From assembly GCA_964448115.1 (NCBI GenBank), contig CAYUVA010000034.1, forward strand, positions 1 through 53,284: a DNA stretch of 53,284 nucleotides, written 5' to 3'. Made by a program: the position numbers and the translations under genes. The notes below the pieces were generated by a model, which saw only the letters and a list, made by a program, of their open reading frames with translations, made no database searches and was not told the DNA's origin. This DNA comes from an uncultured bacterium. Its GTDB lineage: Bacteria > CAYUVA01. Positions 37,525 through 48,100 of this stretch are shown here, one piece after another. How positions within the stretch are numbered: the first letter of the stretch is position 1; the number at the start of each line of letters is the position of its first letter.

Positions 37525-38967
37525 ATGAAAAAAATACTGTTTCTCAATCCGCCGCTTAGCTTAGAGGACCTGTACGAGGATCTCGCCGAGGGTGGTAGCG
37601 AGCTGCCGCCGCTGAACATTGCTGTACTGGCTGCGGTAGCGCGGGACCACTGCTATCAGACAACCATTGTCGATTCGCTGGCTGAGCGCCTCGACTACGA
37701 TAAAACCCTTGAACGCATCCTTGACTTCGATCCCGATTATCTCGGCATAACCTCGACCACTATCTCCATCTTCTACGCAGCAGAGATGGCAAGACTTGCC
37801 AAGCAGAGCTTGCCGGGACTGAAGGTGATCCTCGGCGGAGCACATATAACCGCTGCACCACAGGAGACGATGCGACGATTCCCCCAGTTCGATATAGGCG
37901 TCATCGGCGAGGGGGAAGATACACTCATAGATCTTCTGCATACCCTGGAAACGGGCAAAAAGCCTCTACCTGATGTGGAGGGTATTATCTATCGGGATAA
38001 CGGTGAGATAAGGATGACTCCCCGCCGCGCCTTCATACAGGATCTCGACCGCATACCCTATCCCGCCTGGGATCTGCTTCCCGACCTGGTCAGGTACTAC
38101 CAGCCGGCGGTTGACAGCCTCTATCGCTCCCCGGCAAGCTCGCTGGTTACCTCGCGCGGGTGCCCCGGGCAGTGCGTGTTCTGCGACCGAGCCGTCTTTG
38201 GCAACCGGGTGCGGGGATACTCGGCAGGCTATGTGCTGGGGATGATCAAGAGGCTGCGCTATGAGTATGGCATAAGGGACTTGTTCATCCATGATGATAA
38301 CTTCGTGGTGCTGCGTAAGAGGCTCAAGCAGATATGCAATGCCATAATCAAGGAGAAGATCGACATTACCTGGTCGTGCCTGGGGCGGCTGGATAGCCTT
38401 GATTTGAGCTTGCTACCCCTTATGAAAAAGGCTGGCTGCTGGCAGATAAACTACGGCGTGGAGAGCGGCAGCCAGAAGATACTCGACCTGATGAACAAAA
38501 AGATAAAAGTCGAGCAGGCAGCCAAGGTGATAAATGCCACCCGGCGAGCCGGCATCAGGGTCAAGGGACTCTTCATCATCGGCAGCTTCGGAGAGACCAC
38601 GGAGACAATAAAGGAGACGCTTGATTTCATAAAGAAGGTCAAGATGGATGACTTCCATGCCTGCTGTTACACCCCATTCCCCGGTACCGAAGCGGACCGT
38701 ATAGCCGAGCAGTACGGCACCATAGACCGCGACTGGCGCAAGATGAACATGTTCACCCCGGACAAGTTCATCCCTCATGGCATGACCAAAGAGGAGGTTG
38801 ACTACTGGTACCGCAAGGCTTATCGCACATTCTACATGAGACCATGTATAATATGGTATTATTTTAAGAAGATGAGACATCCGGCAATGGCAAGGAAGAT
38901 CCTGCGCGGTTTTTCAGCCTTTATGAGATTCACCTCAAACAACAAACGAAAGAGCCGGGTATCATGA
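37525..38967 (+). CDS. B12-binding-domain radical SAM protein
   Basis: PPL.IA.LAA, ILGGAH.T, GEGE, TSRGCPGQCVFC, DDNF, GVESGSQ, PFPGT. Confidence 0.93.
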   Translation: MKKILFLNPPLSLEDLYEDLAEGGSELPPLNIAVLAAVARDHCYQTTIVDSLAERLDYDKTLERILDFDPDYLGITSTTISIFYAAEMARLAKQSLPGLKVILGGAHITAAPQETMRRFPQFDIGVIGEGEDTLIDLLHTLETGKKPLPDVEGIIYRDNGEIRMTPRRAFIQDLDRIPYPAWDLLPDLVRYYQPAVDSLYRSPASSLVTSRGCPGQCVFCDRAVFGNRVRGYSAGYVLGMIKRLRYEYGIRDLFIHDDNFVVLRKRLKQICNAIIKEKIDITWSCLGRLDSLDLSLLPLMKKAGCWQINYGVESGSQKILDLMNKKIKVEQAAKVINATRRAGIRVKGLFIIGSFGETTETIKETLDFIKKVKMDDFHACCYTPFPGTEADRIAEQYGTIDRDWRKMNMFTPDKFIPHGMTKEEVDYWYRKAYRTFYMRPCIIWYYFKKMRHPAMARKILRGFSAFMRFTSNNKRKSRVS

Positions 38968-39755
38968 TATCCGAGTACCTGCGCCGCTACATGGAGGTGG
39001 CACCTGTAGCGCTATCCGTGGTCAGGGCTGCCGAGTGCGAGCTGTTCAGCCAGCAGGAGATCATCAGCCCCTCAATGGACATCGGATCCGGCGACGGACT
39101 CTTCGCATCAATAGCCTTCGAGCATAAGATAGATGTGGCTCTTGACCTGAGCCCCAGAGAACTTGAGCTTGCTAGAAACAAGGACGCATACCGGCTATAT
39201 GTAACCGCAAATGCAGGAAGGATACCCTTCCTCGATGACACCTTCCAGACCGTGATCTCCAACTGCGTATTCGAGCACCTGACCAACCTCACCGATGCCT
39301 TTGCCGAGATATATCGCGTGCTCAAGCCGGGAGGAGCCTACTACTTCACCTGCCACAGCCACCTATACAGCGAATACCTCTTTTATTATCGGCTACTAGC
39401 CAAGCTGGGATTAAACGGCATCAAACAGAGCTATCTGAATGCGATAAACGGGCTGTTCAAGCACTTCAACTGCTTCCATCCCGATCGCTGGAAGCGGATG
39501 CTTGTCGATGCCGGCTTCAAGGAGATCGAATACCGATATTATCTACCCAAGCAAGTGGAAAGCCTGTTTGACCTGTTTCTGCCCCTGGCTGGAATCAGCT
39601 ATGTAAGCAAAAAGCTAACCGGCAGGTGGACGCTCACCAGCAGGCGGTGGCTCCATGCTCTGATCGGCAAATGGCTGAATGCGAGGCTCAGCGATGATTA
39701 CGACCTCGGCGGAGCGCTATTCTTCATCGCCCGCAAGGGAAAGACCAAGGCTTGA
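38964..39755 (+). CDS. Class I SAM-dependent methyltransferase
   Basis: MDIGSGDG, PF.DDTF..VISNCVFEH, YRVLKPGG. Confidence 0.9.
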   Translation: MISEYLRRYMEVAPVALSVVRAAECELFSQQEIISPSMDIGSGDGLFASIAFEHKIDVALDLSPRELELARNKDAYRLYVTANAGRIPFLDDTFQTVISNCVFEHLTNLTDAFAEIYRVLKPGGAYYFTCHSHLYSEYLFYYRLLAKLGLNGIKQSYLNAINGLFKHFNCFHPDRWKRMLVDAGFKEIEYRYYLPKQVESLFDLFLPLAGISYVSKKLTGRWTLTSRRWLHALIGKWLNARLSDDYDLGGALFFIARKGKTKA

Positions 39756-39761
39756 GAGTTG

Positions 39762-39828
39762 TTTAACCACAAAGACACAAGGGCACAAAGAAAGAAGTGA
39801 TACCGTGCTACAGTGATAAAGCGATAGA
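39762..39828 (+). repeat. Composite octamer repeat (TTTAACCACAAAGACAC... plus GTGATACC...)
   Basis: TTTAAC CACAAAGA CACAAGGG CACAAAGA AAGAA GTGATACC GTGCTACA GTGATAAA GCGATAGA. Confidence 0.8.
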
Positions 39829-39858
39829 GGAAAGGAAGATCCCCTCCCAAGCAAAGAG

Positions 39859-40043
39859 GAGTTTGTCTAAAAATGTCCAAAAAGTCCCAAACCCTGTTAT
39901 TCCAAGCGAGTGAAGCTCTGGCAAGCGAGTCGAGGAATCTCATTAGAATCAACATGTTAAAGAGATCCCTCGATTTTTTCCCTATTTGTAAGAAATATCG
40001 GGACTCCACGCAATGACATGTTGAGGGGTTTTGAGACTGGCTC
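39859..40043. repeat. Nested inverted-repeat element (REP or MITE-like)
   Basis: Inner TCGAGGAATCTC / GAGATCCCTCGA; middle TGTTATT...AATGACA; degenerate outer GAGTTTGTCTAAAAA / GTTTTGAGACTGGCTC. Confidence 0.6.
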
Positions 40044-40065
40044 CAGAGGGCGAGGGAGTAGGTAA

Positions 40066-41127
40066 ATGAAATCATACCCAAAGGTCGCTATTATCGAGCT
40101 TACCAATCGCTGCAACCTATCCTGCATATTCTGCCCGCATAGCAGCGATGACTTCGCAGCGACCGACATGCCCGCCGAGCTTATCAGCAAGCTGGAACCG
40201 ATGCTGCCATACCTCGATGAAGTGGGAATATTCGGGCTGGGCGAGACATTCCTTGCCAAAACATGGAGGGAGTTCTTTGTAAAGATCAAATCTCATAGGG
40301 CTATGACCAGGATATTCACCAGCGGCACCATGTTGAGCGATGATGACATTGAGCTTCTGATAAAGCACGGTCTGGATAACCTCACCTTCTCCATTGATAC
40401 GACCGACGCGGAGCAGTACAAGGCTTTGCGCCCTCATGGACAACTCGATACGGTTCTGAAAAACATTGACCGGTTAAATGAGCGCAAGGCTGCTCACAAG
40501 ACCGACAAGCCGGCGCTCTGGCTCAATGCAGTGCTGTTCAACGGTAATTCGAGCCAGATGCCCAAGCTGGTGGAGCTTGCCAGGGACAAGGCAATGGACA
40601 GGGTCGATATCGTGGACCTGTTCGAGTATTCCCCATTCACAGCTCCATTCGGATTTCCATCAGAGAGCGATGCACATGTGGCTGAGAACATCTCTCATGC
40701 CTCAAACCTGGCATCGAGGTACGGCATTGCATTCTCTGCACCACGCAGGTTCGACTGGATTAAGAATGCAGGGAGCTGGCACAAGATGCTCAATTATTTT
40801 AGGATAATGCGATATCGTTTGATAAATAGCGCTAACCGATTGGAGCAATTCTACATCCTATTTCAAAGAATGACCCGAAGGTTTAATAATAGAATTTTAT
40901 TTGAATATCGACATCGAAGAGCCTTTTGCACGGACCCATTTAGCATGGTGGTTATAACCTGCAAGGGTGAGGTGCTTCCCTGCTGCTACCCGCATGCCCC
41001 GACCATGGGAAGTCTCTCCGAGTCGAGCCTTGATGAAATCTGGCAGGGACAAGCCTTTGAGAACTTGCGCTTAAGATTACAAAGAGGAGAGCCACCAACG
41101 GTGTGCCGTCAATGTAAAAAGGATTGA
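40066..41127 (+). CDS. Radical SAM protein with SPASM/twitch domain
   Basis: ELTNRCNLSCIFC, GLGE, FSID, C-terminal CTDPF...G.V.PCC...C..C. Confidence 0.9.
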   Translation: MKSYPKVAIIELTNRCNLSCIFCPHSSDDFAATDMPAELISKLEPMLPYLDEVGIFGLGETFLAKTWREFFVKIKSHRAMTRIFTSGTMLSDDDIELLIKHGLDNLTFSIDTTDAEQYKALRPHGQLDTVLKNIDRLNERKAAHKTDKPALWLNAVLFNGNSSQMPKLVELARDKAMDRVDIVDLFEYSPFTAPFGFPSESDAHVAENISHASNLASRYGIAFSAPRRFDWIKNAGSWHKMLNYFRIMRYRLINSANRLEQFYILFQRMTRRFNNRILFEYRHRRAFCTDPFSMVVITCKGEVLPCCYPHAPTMGSLSESSLDEIWQGQAFENLRLRLQRGEPPTVCRQCKKD

Positions 41128-41152
41128 TATATAAATAGCAAAAATTTCAATT

Positions 41153-43378
41153 CTACTTCCTTCTGACCTTGCGTATTCCCTTGATCTGCTTGAGTGAATC
41201 TATGACCCTCTGGAGCTGATTGACGCCGGTAACCTGGATAGTAACATGCCCTTTAGCAGTCCTGGTATCGACCACCCTGAGCACGGTGTCTGTAATATTG
41301 ATGTCCATCTGGTGTATGATATCGGAGATCTCCTTTAGCAAACCCCTTCTATCCAATGCATCTAACTCCAGGTGAACCGGAAAACGCGTCTTATCTGAGT
41401 CTATCCACTCCACATCTATTATTCGAGATGGATTATGGTACCGGGATGTGAAGTTTGGGCAATCCCTCCGATGTACGGAGATGCCATGTCCTTGGGTGAT
41501 GAATCCTATTATCGGATCCCCAGCGATTGGATTACAGCACTTTGCTAAATGACTCATAACATTATAATAACCAGCCACCTTTATGTTTTCCGATGGTTTG
41601 GGGATCTTGCGATCATCTTGCGATGACTTCCTCGTCCTGGTCGGTTCTCTGGGGATGATCCCCATAAGTTCCATCTTCCTAATCACATCATTAACATTTA
41701 TCTTTTTAGAACCGATTCTATTATACAGATCATCAGTATTCTCGAACTCGTTCTCGGAAACGAACTGGTTAAGCTTACCTGAGCGTGATAGTTTCTGTAG
41801 CCCTATCCTGCGTTTCCTAAGCTCCATGTTGAGCAGCTCTTTTCCGACCTTTATATTATCCTTTACCTCGATTTCGCTAAGAAACCGGCGGATCTTACTT
41901 CTAGCCTTCGGTGTTTTTACGAATCGCAGCCAATCTCTGCTGGGATACTGATTGCGATCAACGATGATCTCGACTGTATCGCCGTCTTTCAACTCATAGC
42001 TCAAGGGTACCAGTCTGCCATTTACTTTAGCTTGCTTGCAATGCAGACCGAGGTCGCTATGAATAGTGAATGCGAAATCAATCACCGTCGAGCCTTTTGG
42101 CAAGACCTTGATATCATTCTTTGGGGTCAGCACATATACATCCTTGGTTACGAACAAAGAGTGCTCCACGTTCTTTACGAACACAGTCGATTCATCATCA
42201 GGGTCGGAACTATCTTGAGCATCTTGTATCTTATCTTGTTGGAACTGGCTGACCATGTCTCTCAACCATTGAAACATTGCCGGATTGGCGATTTTCCCTC
42301 CTTCCTTATAGAGCCAATGAGCAGCGATCCCCTCCTCGGCTATTCGGTGCATCTCCTCGGTGCGGATCTGGATCTCCAGCTTAAAGTTTTCGTAGCCGAT
42401 GACGGTCGTATGCAATGATTGGTATCCATTGGACTTGGGTAGGCTGATGTAATCCTTGAACCTGCCGGGAACAGGCTTCCATAGGTCATAGACCGCAGCG
42501 AGTGCGTGGTAGCAATCTTGCCTGGACCCAACAATCGCCCTTAAGCCAAGTATATCGTGAACCTGCTCGAAGTCTATCCCTTGTGCTATCATTTTATGGT
42601 AAATACTATAAAGATGCTTTGAGCGCCCGGTAACTTTTGCCTCGATGCCATACTCTTGCAGTTGTTCCTTGAGGATCTGCACTGCTTTATCGATATATTT
42701 CTGCCGATCAGCCTCGGATTCCTTCAATCTAGTTTTAAGTCTTGTAGCCTCTTCTGGATTTATGAACTTAAAAGAAAGATCCTCCAATGTATTCTTCATC
42801 CAGCCGATGCCGAGACGATTGGCAAAGGGCGCGTAGATCCTTAAGGTCTCCTCAGCGATTCGCTTTTGCTTGTGTTCCTTAACATACTTTAATGTCTGCA
42901 TGTTATGGAGCCGATCGCACAATTTGATCAGGATTACGCGCACATCCCTTGCGATAGCGAGCACCAGTTTGCGGAAGTTCTCCACCTGGTATCGCTGGTA
43001 ATCGGAATACTTGAATCTACCGACCTTGGTTACCCAATCGACCAGGTTGGCAATTTGTTCGCCAAAGGCATTCTTCAGATCAATGTAGTCCGCATAAGTA
43101 TCCTCGATAGTATCATGTAGAAGCCCTGCGCTTAGGGTAATATCGTCCATACATAATAGAGCTAGTATCTGCGCGGTTCGGAATGGATGAACAAAAAAGG
43201 GATCACCATTGTTTCTGACCTGCTTTTCGTGGTGTTTCTTGGCATAGTCGTAGGCTCTCTTTAATAGATCGAGATCTGATTCGTCATTATACATCGCAAT
43301 TAGACCAGAAAGTTCTTTAAATTCAGGGATTTCTTTCGAGGTCGGATGCAATAATACTTTATCTGCAACTGATAGCAT
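41153..43378 (-). CDS. rel: Bifunctional (p)ppGpp synthetase/hydrolase (long RSH, Rel)
   Basis: Hydrolase HP...LLHDTIEDT; synthetase GRSKH, RFKDYI..PK.NGYQSLHT, EIQIRT; TGS, AKCCNP and ACT domains. Confidence 0.96.
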   Translation of the reverse strand: MLSVADKVLLHPTSKEIPEFKELSGLIAMYNDESDLDLLKRAYDYAKKHHEKQVRNNGDPFFVHPFRTAQILALLCMDDITLSAGLLHDTIEDTYADYIDLKNAFGEQIANLVDWVTKVGRFKYSDYQRYQVENFRKLVLAIARDVRVILIKLCDRLHNMQTLKYVKEHKQKRIAEETLRIYAPFANRLGIGWMKNTLEDLSFKFINPEEATRLKTRLKESEADRQKYIDKAVQILKEQLQEYGIEAKVTGRSKHLYSIYHKMIAQGIDFEQVHDILGLRAIVGSRQDCYHALAAVYDLWKPVPGRFKDYISLPKSNGYQSLHTTVIGYENFKLEIQIRTEEMHRIAEEGIAAHWLYKEGGKIANPAMFQWLRDMVSQFQQDKIQDAQDSSDPDDESTVFVKNVEHSLFVTKDVYVLTPKNDIKVLPKGSTVIDFAFTIHSDLGLHCKQAKVNGRLVPLSYELKDGDTVEIIVDRNQYPSRDWLRFVKTPKARSKIRRFLSEIEVKDNIKVGKELLNMELRKRRIGLQKLSRSGKLNQFVSENEFENTDDLYNRIGSKKINVNDVIRKMELMGIIPREPTRTRKSSQDDRKIPKPSENIKVAGYYNVMSHLAKCCNPIAGDPIIGFITQGHGISVHRRDCPNFTSRYHNPSRIIDVEWIDSDKTRFPVHLELDALDRRGLLKEISDIIHQMDINITDTVLRVVDTRTAKGHVTIQVTGVNQLQRVIDSLKQIKGIRKVRRK

Positions 43379-43487
43379 TTTATTTAGTGTTTATCGAGGT
43401 TTTCTTGTCGAGCTTTTTGGTTCTTCTTTGCTCATTTTCGCCCATTCCTTACCTGGGCGCTTACATTATGCTTACTTCTTTAGTACT

Positions 43488-43516
43488 AATATAATACATG
43501 GAAAATTCCCTGTCAA
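43488..43516 (-). promoter_or_regulatory. Near-consensus sigma70 promoter for rel
   Basis: Minus strand TTGACA (43516-43511), 17-nt spacer, TATATT (43493-43488). Confidence 0.75.
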
Positions 43517-43677
43517 GCGAATCGACTTCATTTTTTAACCTTAATTGAAATCAATGTAAAATTTAATATTTATGGATTATTGTATAAATAATATAAGCTA
43601 GATAAGAGGCTTTCCCATGTAATATCTGCTTTCAGGCACCATTTTGATGTTCAGGTAGTATTAAATAATCTCCTGGA

Positions 43678-45039
43678 TTAAAGCCAGTTATCTTTGTTCT
43701 CTTGTAGATATTTTATTGCCTCAACCTTGTTTTTTACCAGACCGGACACCTGCGCCTCAAGAAGCTGATCTTGAATCTTCGAGATTATGGAGCCGGGTTT
43801 AACTGACATATACTTCATTATCTCCAGACCGTCCAGCAGTAAGCCATCATCCCTTATAGGAGCGATTCGAGAATAATAGTGTTTCCTCAATTTCTGGAAA
43901 CATAGCCTTCTGACTGGATGCAATCGCTTTACTCCAGAATGGATAAATATACAGTAAAGCACTTGTAGAAGTCCGTTAACTCCTTCCTTATAAAGCACAT
44001 AGTTCACTTCGGGGACGAGCGGGTTTCCCAAAGTGAATCCTGAATTATTGACCGCCTTTATAGTTCTTGACAAGCTTTTAAGAAAACGCACCTCGAATCG
44101 GGATAGGTGCAAGAGACGACCATAGTAACCGATACTTGTCTTAATCGAGGTGTCCTGAAGCATATCCTCGATTATGGCTGCGAACTTTAGTATAGAGTTC
44201 AAGCTCCTTAGATTGTTGGAAGTATCGCTTAGAAGATGTTCATATAGATTCCCTTCTCGCATCCGCCGTATCCAGGGTAAAGTCTTTTCCCATAGCTTGA
44301 GCCTGCTGAACATATGTGGTGCTTTTGGAAGGCTGAATATCTCCTTGAGCAAGCCATGGTTATTTATCTCTTCAATGTATCTGTGGCACTCCGGCTCTTC
44401 GAGGATCTTGAATAACTCGTCCCGGATCCTCTCTATGGCAGGCTTTTGAATGAGCTTAGCGTTTGAGCGAATCAATGATAAGGTAGCTGTAGTTATAGAG
44501 AATGACAGTGTGCAGGCGAAGCGAAATGCTCGTAACATGCGCAGCGGATCATCGATGAAGCAGCGATCATATACCGCCCTTATCTTGCGATGTCGAAGAT
44601 CCTTCAATCCACCAGTGGGATCGATGATACCGGTTGGTTTGCCATCCATAAGCGCCAAAAAATCTACCGCCATCGCGTTTATAGTGAAATCTCGCAGCCT
44701 TAAGTCCTCCTCTATTGAACTTCCTCTCAAGACTGCTAGGTCAACAATCGTATCCTCCTTCTTGAAGACAACCCTTGCTATATCTTGTTTTTCATCAAGA
44801 GGAACAAATGCGCCCCGGGCAGCTTGTGCGTACTTCTCTGCCAGCTTAAGGGCAGAGACCCCCTTGACAGCAAGGTCGATGTCTAAAGGTCCTTTATGCC
44901 CTCCGAAATCGCGTACACACCCACCGACCATGTAAACCTCTATTCCCAGCGGTTTTGTCAATCCATGGAGACGACGCATCAATCGATTATAGATCATGGA
45001 ATCCTTCAGTTTCTCTAATCTAGCTTCCCTCATAATCAT
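43678..45039 (-). CDS. Class II tRNA nucleotidyltransferase, probably CC-adding type
   Basis: VGGCVRD, DIDL, EEDL.LRDFTINAMA, DP.GG..DL, DDPLRMLRAFRF, ERIRDELFKIL. Confidence 0.9.
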   Translation of the reverse strand: MIMREARLEKLKDSMIYNRLMRRLHGLTKPLGIEVYMVGGCVRDFGGHKGPLDIDLAVKGVSALKLAEKYAQAARGAFVPLDEKQDIARVVFKKEDTIVDLAVLRGSSIEEDLRLRDFTINAMAVDFLALMDGKPTGIIDPTGGLKDLRHRKIRAVYDRCFIDDPLRMLRAFRFACTLSFSITTATLSLIRSNAKLIQKPAIERIRDELFKILEEPECHRYIEEINNHGLLKEIFSLPKAPHMFSRLKLWEKTLPWIRRMREGNLYEHLLSDTSNNLRSLNSILKFAAIIEDMLQDTSIKTSIGYYGRLLHLSRFEVRFLKSLSRTIKAVNNSGFTLGNPLVPEVNYVLYKEGVNGLLQVLYCIFIHSGVKRLHPVRRLCFQKLRKHYYSRIAPIRDDGLLLDGLEIMKYMSVKPGSIISKIQDQLLEAQVSGLVKNKVEAIKYLQENKDNWL

Positions 45040-45058
45040 TCAGAGATATTACATGCCT

Positions 45059-45077
45059 ATCCTGACTTTGTCAGGAT
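45059..45077. repeat. Short perfect inverted repeat upstream of the nucleotidyltransferase gene
   Basis: ATCCTGAC-TTT-GTCAGGAT. Confidence 0.6.
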
Positions 45078-45132
45078 GCACATTTCATGCTCAAGGGGCG
45101 CTTGCTCAGCCCTTTACCTCAATGGCTCGCTT

Positions 45133-48100
45133 TTATAAAGCGTGGTAACAGACCTTCTTGAGCCAGCATTCGCGGCAATCCCTGTTTTTCTCAGGCTCGA
45201 AAGCTCCAAGACTTATACCAGAGATAACCTCATTTAGCCAATCCTCTGCGGAAGCAATCATTGAATCGTCCAAGGTCATAGCATCCAGTGAGGCGGTGTA
45301 AAGGTAATAGATACCAACTTCCTCAGGGGTGATGCCAAAGACCTTTTTATACAAGACTGCATAAAGTAGTAGCTGATTCCGATAGCGTTGGCTTCTTCGT
45401 CGTATCTTTGATTTGCTGATACGGTCGCTCTTGTAATCGTATAGGGAAACGAAACCTCCAGCATCTATCGTAACCATGTCAATATCTCCCCGTATGGTCG
45501 CAGGGTCGAAAAGCACCGAAAGAGGAAGCTCCTTTTGGACAATGGTGGCGGCTCTTACTCGTTCGATAAATGGACTGCTAATAAGGGCTTTAAGAAGTTC
45601 CAGTGCCTGGTCGCTCTCCTTGGGATCCATAAGGTAACCAGATACGATCTCTTGAGGGAGCTGGCTATCAGTCTGCCACAAATGCCAATCTTCCCGCTCC
45701 AGAAGATTATGCATGGCTGAACCAAAGTCCGTGCGAGCACCCAAGCTCTCTCCAATGCTGGATACGGAGAAAGGATCATTGCTCAAGCCATGATCTTGTT
45801 TTAGTTTATAGAGGTAGGGACAATAGCGGTAATCGAGTATATCGGTTATCGATAGGTGGAGTCGGCGGTATGTATTTTTACCATGACCAGAAATAGTTAG
45901 GACTCTATTTACGGGTGTTTGACCTATTGAAAGCTCTTTGTCAGGTTGAATATATTTTTCTTTTGCCGCTAGTTCGACCCCTTGAGGGATTTCTGAACCT
46001 GCCAATAGGTTGTCAAAGGACGCTATGATAACCTTTGAGGTATAGTCGTTCTCATCACGATAAGTTTGAACGCAAGGGGTTGTACCAGGTAGGTCCAAGA
46101 AGTTGAACAACCAGGCGCCATGGGAGGTATCGTTCCTGGCTTCCTTGGCTAGCTCTTTTTTATGTGCACCGCTTAATACCAGGTATTTCTTCGCCCGGGT
46201 CATGGCAACATACAACAGCCGTTTTTCCTCCTGGAGGGTGCGTTGTTTAGCCTCTTCTTTGGCTTGAATGTGGGTTTGCGGCTCATAGGAGCGATCCTCG
46301 ATGATGTCATCGATTAGTTTCATGGTCAATCCGAAGTCTCGCGTGTAGGTAATCCTGCTCGTCCATTTTGAAGCCTGATGATCTACCTTTCTGAAGATAT
46401 CCGGAATTATAGCTACGGGAAATTCCAAGCCCTTTGCTTTATGTATGGTATAAAGGCAGACCGCCTCACCCTCGGCTGCGGTCTGCGCTTCTTCAGCTCT
46501 TATCTCGCCGGCTCGCAGCTCCTTGATATAGCGTGTGAAGTCCTCCAGTTTGCTGTAGCCGGCATTCTCGAACCGAATGGCAGATTCAATCAGCTTGATC
46601 AGGTTTGAGTAACCCCGAATAGTCCACTCGCTAGCGCGAACCCGACTTGCATAATCGAATTGCTCGATGATGTGCTCGATAAGACGCCAAACGCTCTGAT
46701 TTGTTATCTGGCATGAAATCTGCTCAACAAAGGAATCGAAGTGCTCCAGCCTGCTTCGTTGCTCATTATCAAGCCTGGAGCTTTTCAATAGGGATTTTAT
46801 ACCCTTGTAAAGAGGTTTGTTGCCATCATCATGCTTGCCAGCAGCATCAGCAAGCCAGAAGATAGCCGAATCATCCAAGCTGACCAGGCGACTCTTAAGA
46901 ACCGCCATTAGTGCGAGATCATCCCTTCTATTCTCCAGGAAGCTGAGAAGATTGATTATGTCGATAACCTCCTGCCGGTTATAAAACTCGCCACCACTGA
47001 TCACAAAATAGGGTATATCAGCCTCGCGAAGGGCATCCTCATATAAGCCAATCGAGGTGGTGGCTCTGAATAACAGGGCAAAGTCCTTGTAATCCAGTGC
47101 GTATTTATTGTCCCCCAACAATGCACAATCGCCATTTTTCATCGATTTTATCAGTTCAGCGATGCATCTTGCCTCCAGCTCCCTGGCATCATTTATCCCC
47201 TCTCCTTCATCGCAGCGGCTAAGAAGAACTAATACCGATGGCTCATCCATAATCGCCTGGTCGCTCGGCAGCCTAAGTGCCTCGTACCTGATATCGGTGC
47301 CCTCGAATAAGCGATCGGAGAAGCAGTTCACGAAGCCAATAATACTGGAAGTAGAGCGGAAGTTTTCCACTAGAGAGATCGGTTTTTTACCTGCATTCTC
47401 CATCTCGCTTTGCAGCTCAAGGAATACTCGCACATCAGCATTGGTAAACTCGTAGATCGATTGCTTCACATCACCTACCGCAAAGAAGTTATCCGGGCTG
47501 CGAATAAGATCGAATATCTCCCTCTGGAGGTAATTGGTGTCCTGGAATTCATCCACCATTATATATCTGTACCTGTCTTGCAGCTTCCCCCGGAGATAGT
47601 CATTATTTTTCAGGCTATCACGCAGCAGGATAAGTAGTTCGTCATAGTCCATGCGACCCTGATCCCTAAGCGCCTTACGATAAAACTCGTTGAAGTCCAG
47701 TATCGCATGCTGCAGCTTTTGTTTTATGGGGATAAATAATTCTTCGGCTAGAACCTGGGATAGCCCGTTATGAGCCTTTTCAAGATCCCCTATGTATTCC
47801 TTCAAATCTTTGCCGGTGTTTTTTCTATAAGTCTTCTTCTTGGGGGTTGGCTCCTTGAGCTGATCAAGGGTTCTTAGCATCTCCATGTCAGCCGGTTTTT
47901 TTTGAACTATCCCATTTATATACTCTGCTATTCTTGATATCTGGTTGAGCTGATGCAGTTGGTTATCGCTTGTTTTTGATCGCTTGGAGACAGCAAGTGA
48001 ATATTGATCGAAGGCATGGTTGAACTCCTCAATCGCCTTAGTTTTATGCATCGAAAGCTCGATATCAGGCTGCTGGGGAAAGCTGTACCCATAGCCCCGG

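Noticed and set aside
40066-41127. SPASM enzyme as a RiPP maturase
   Set aside because: No plausible precursor peptide, PqqD/RRE domain or transporter nearby; the upstream gap is filled by repeats.
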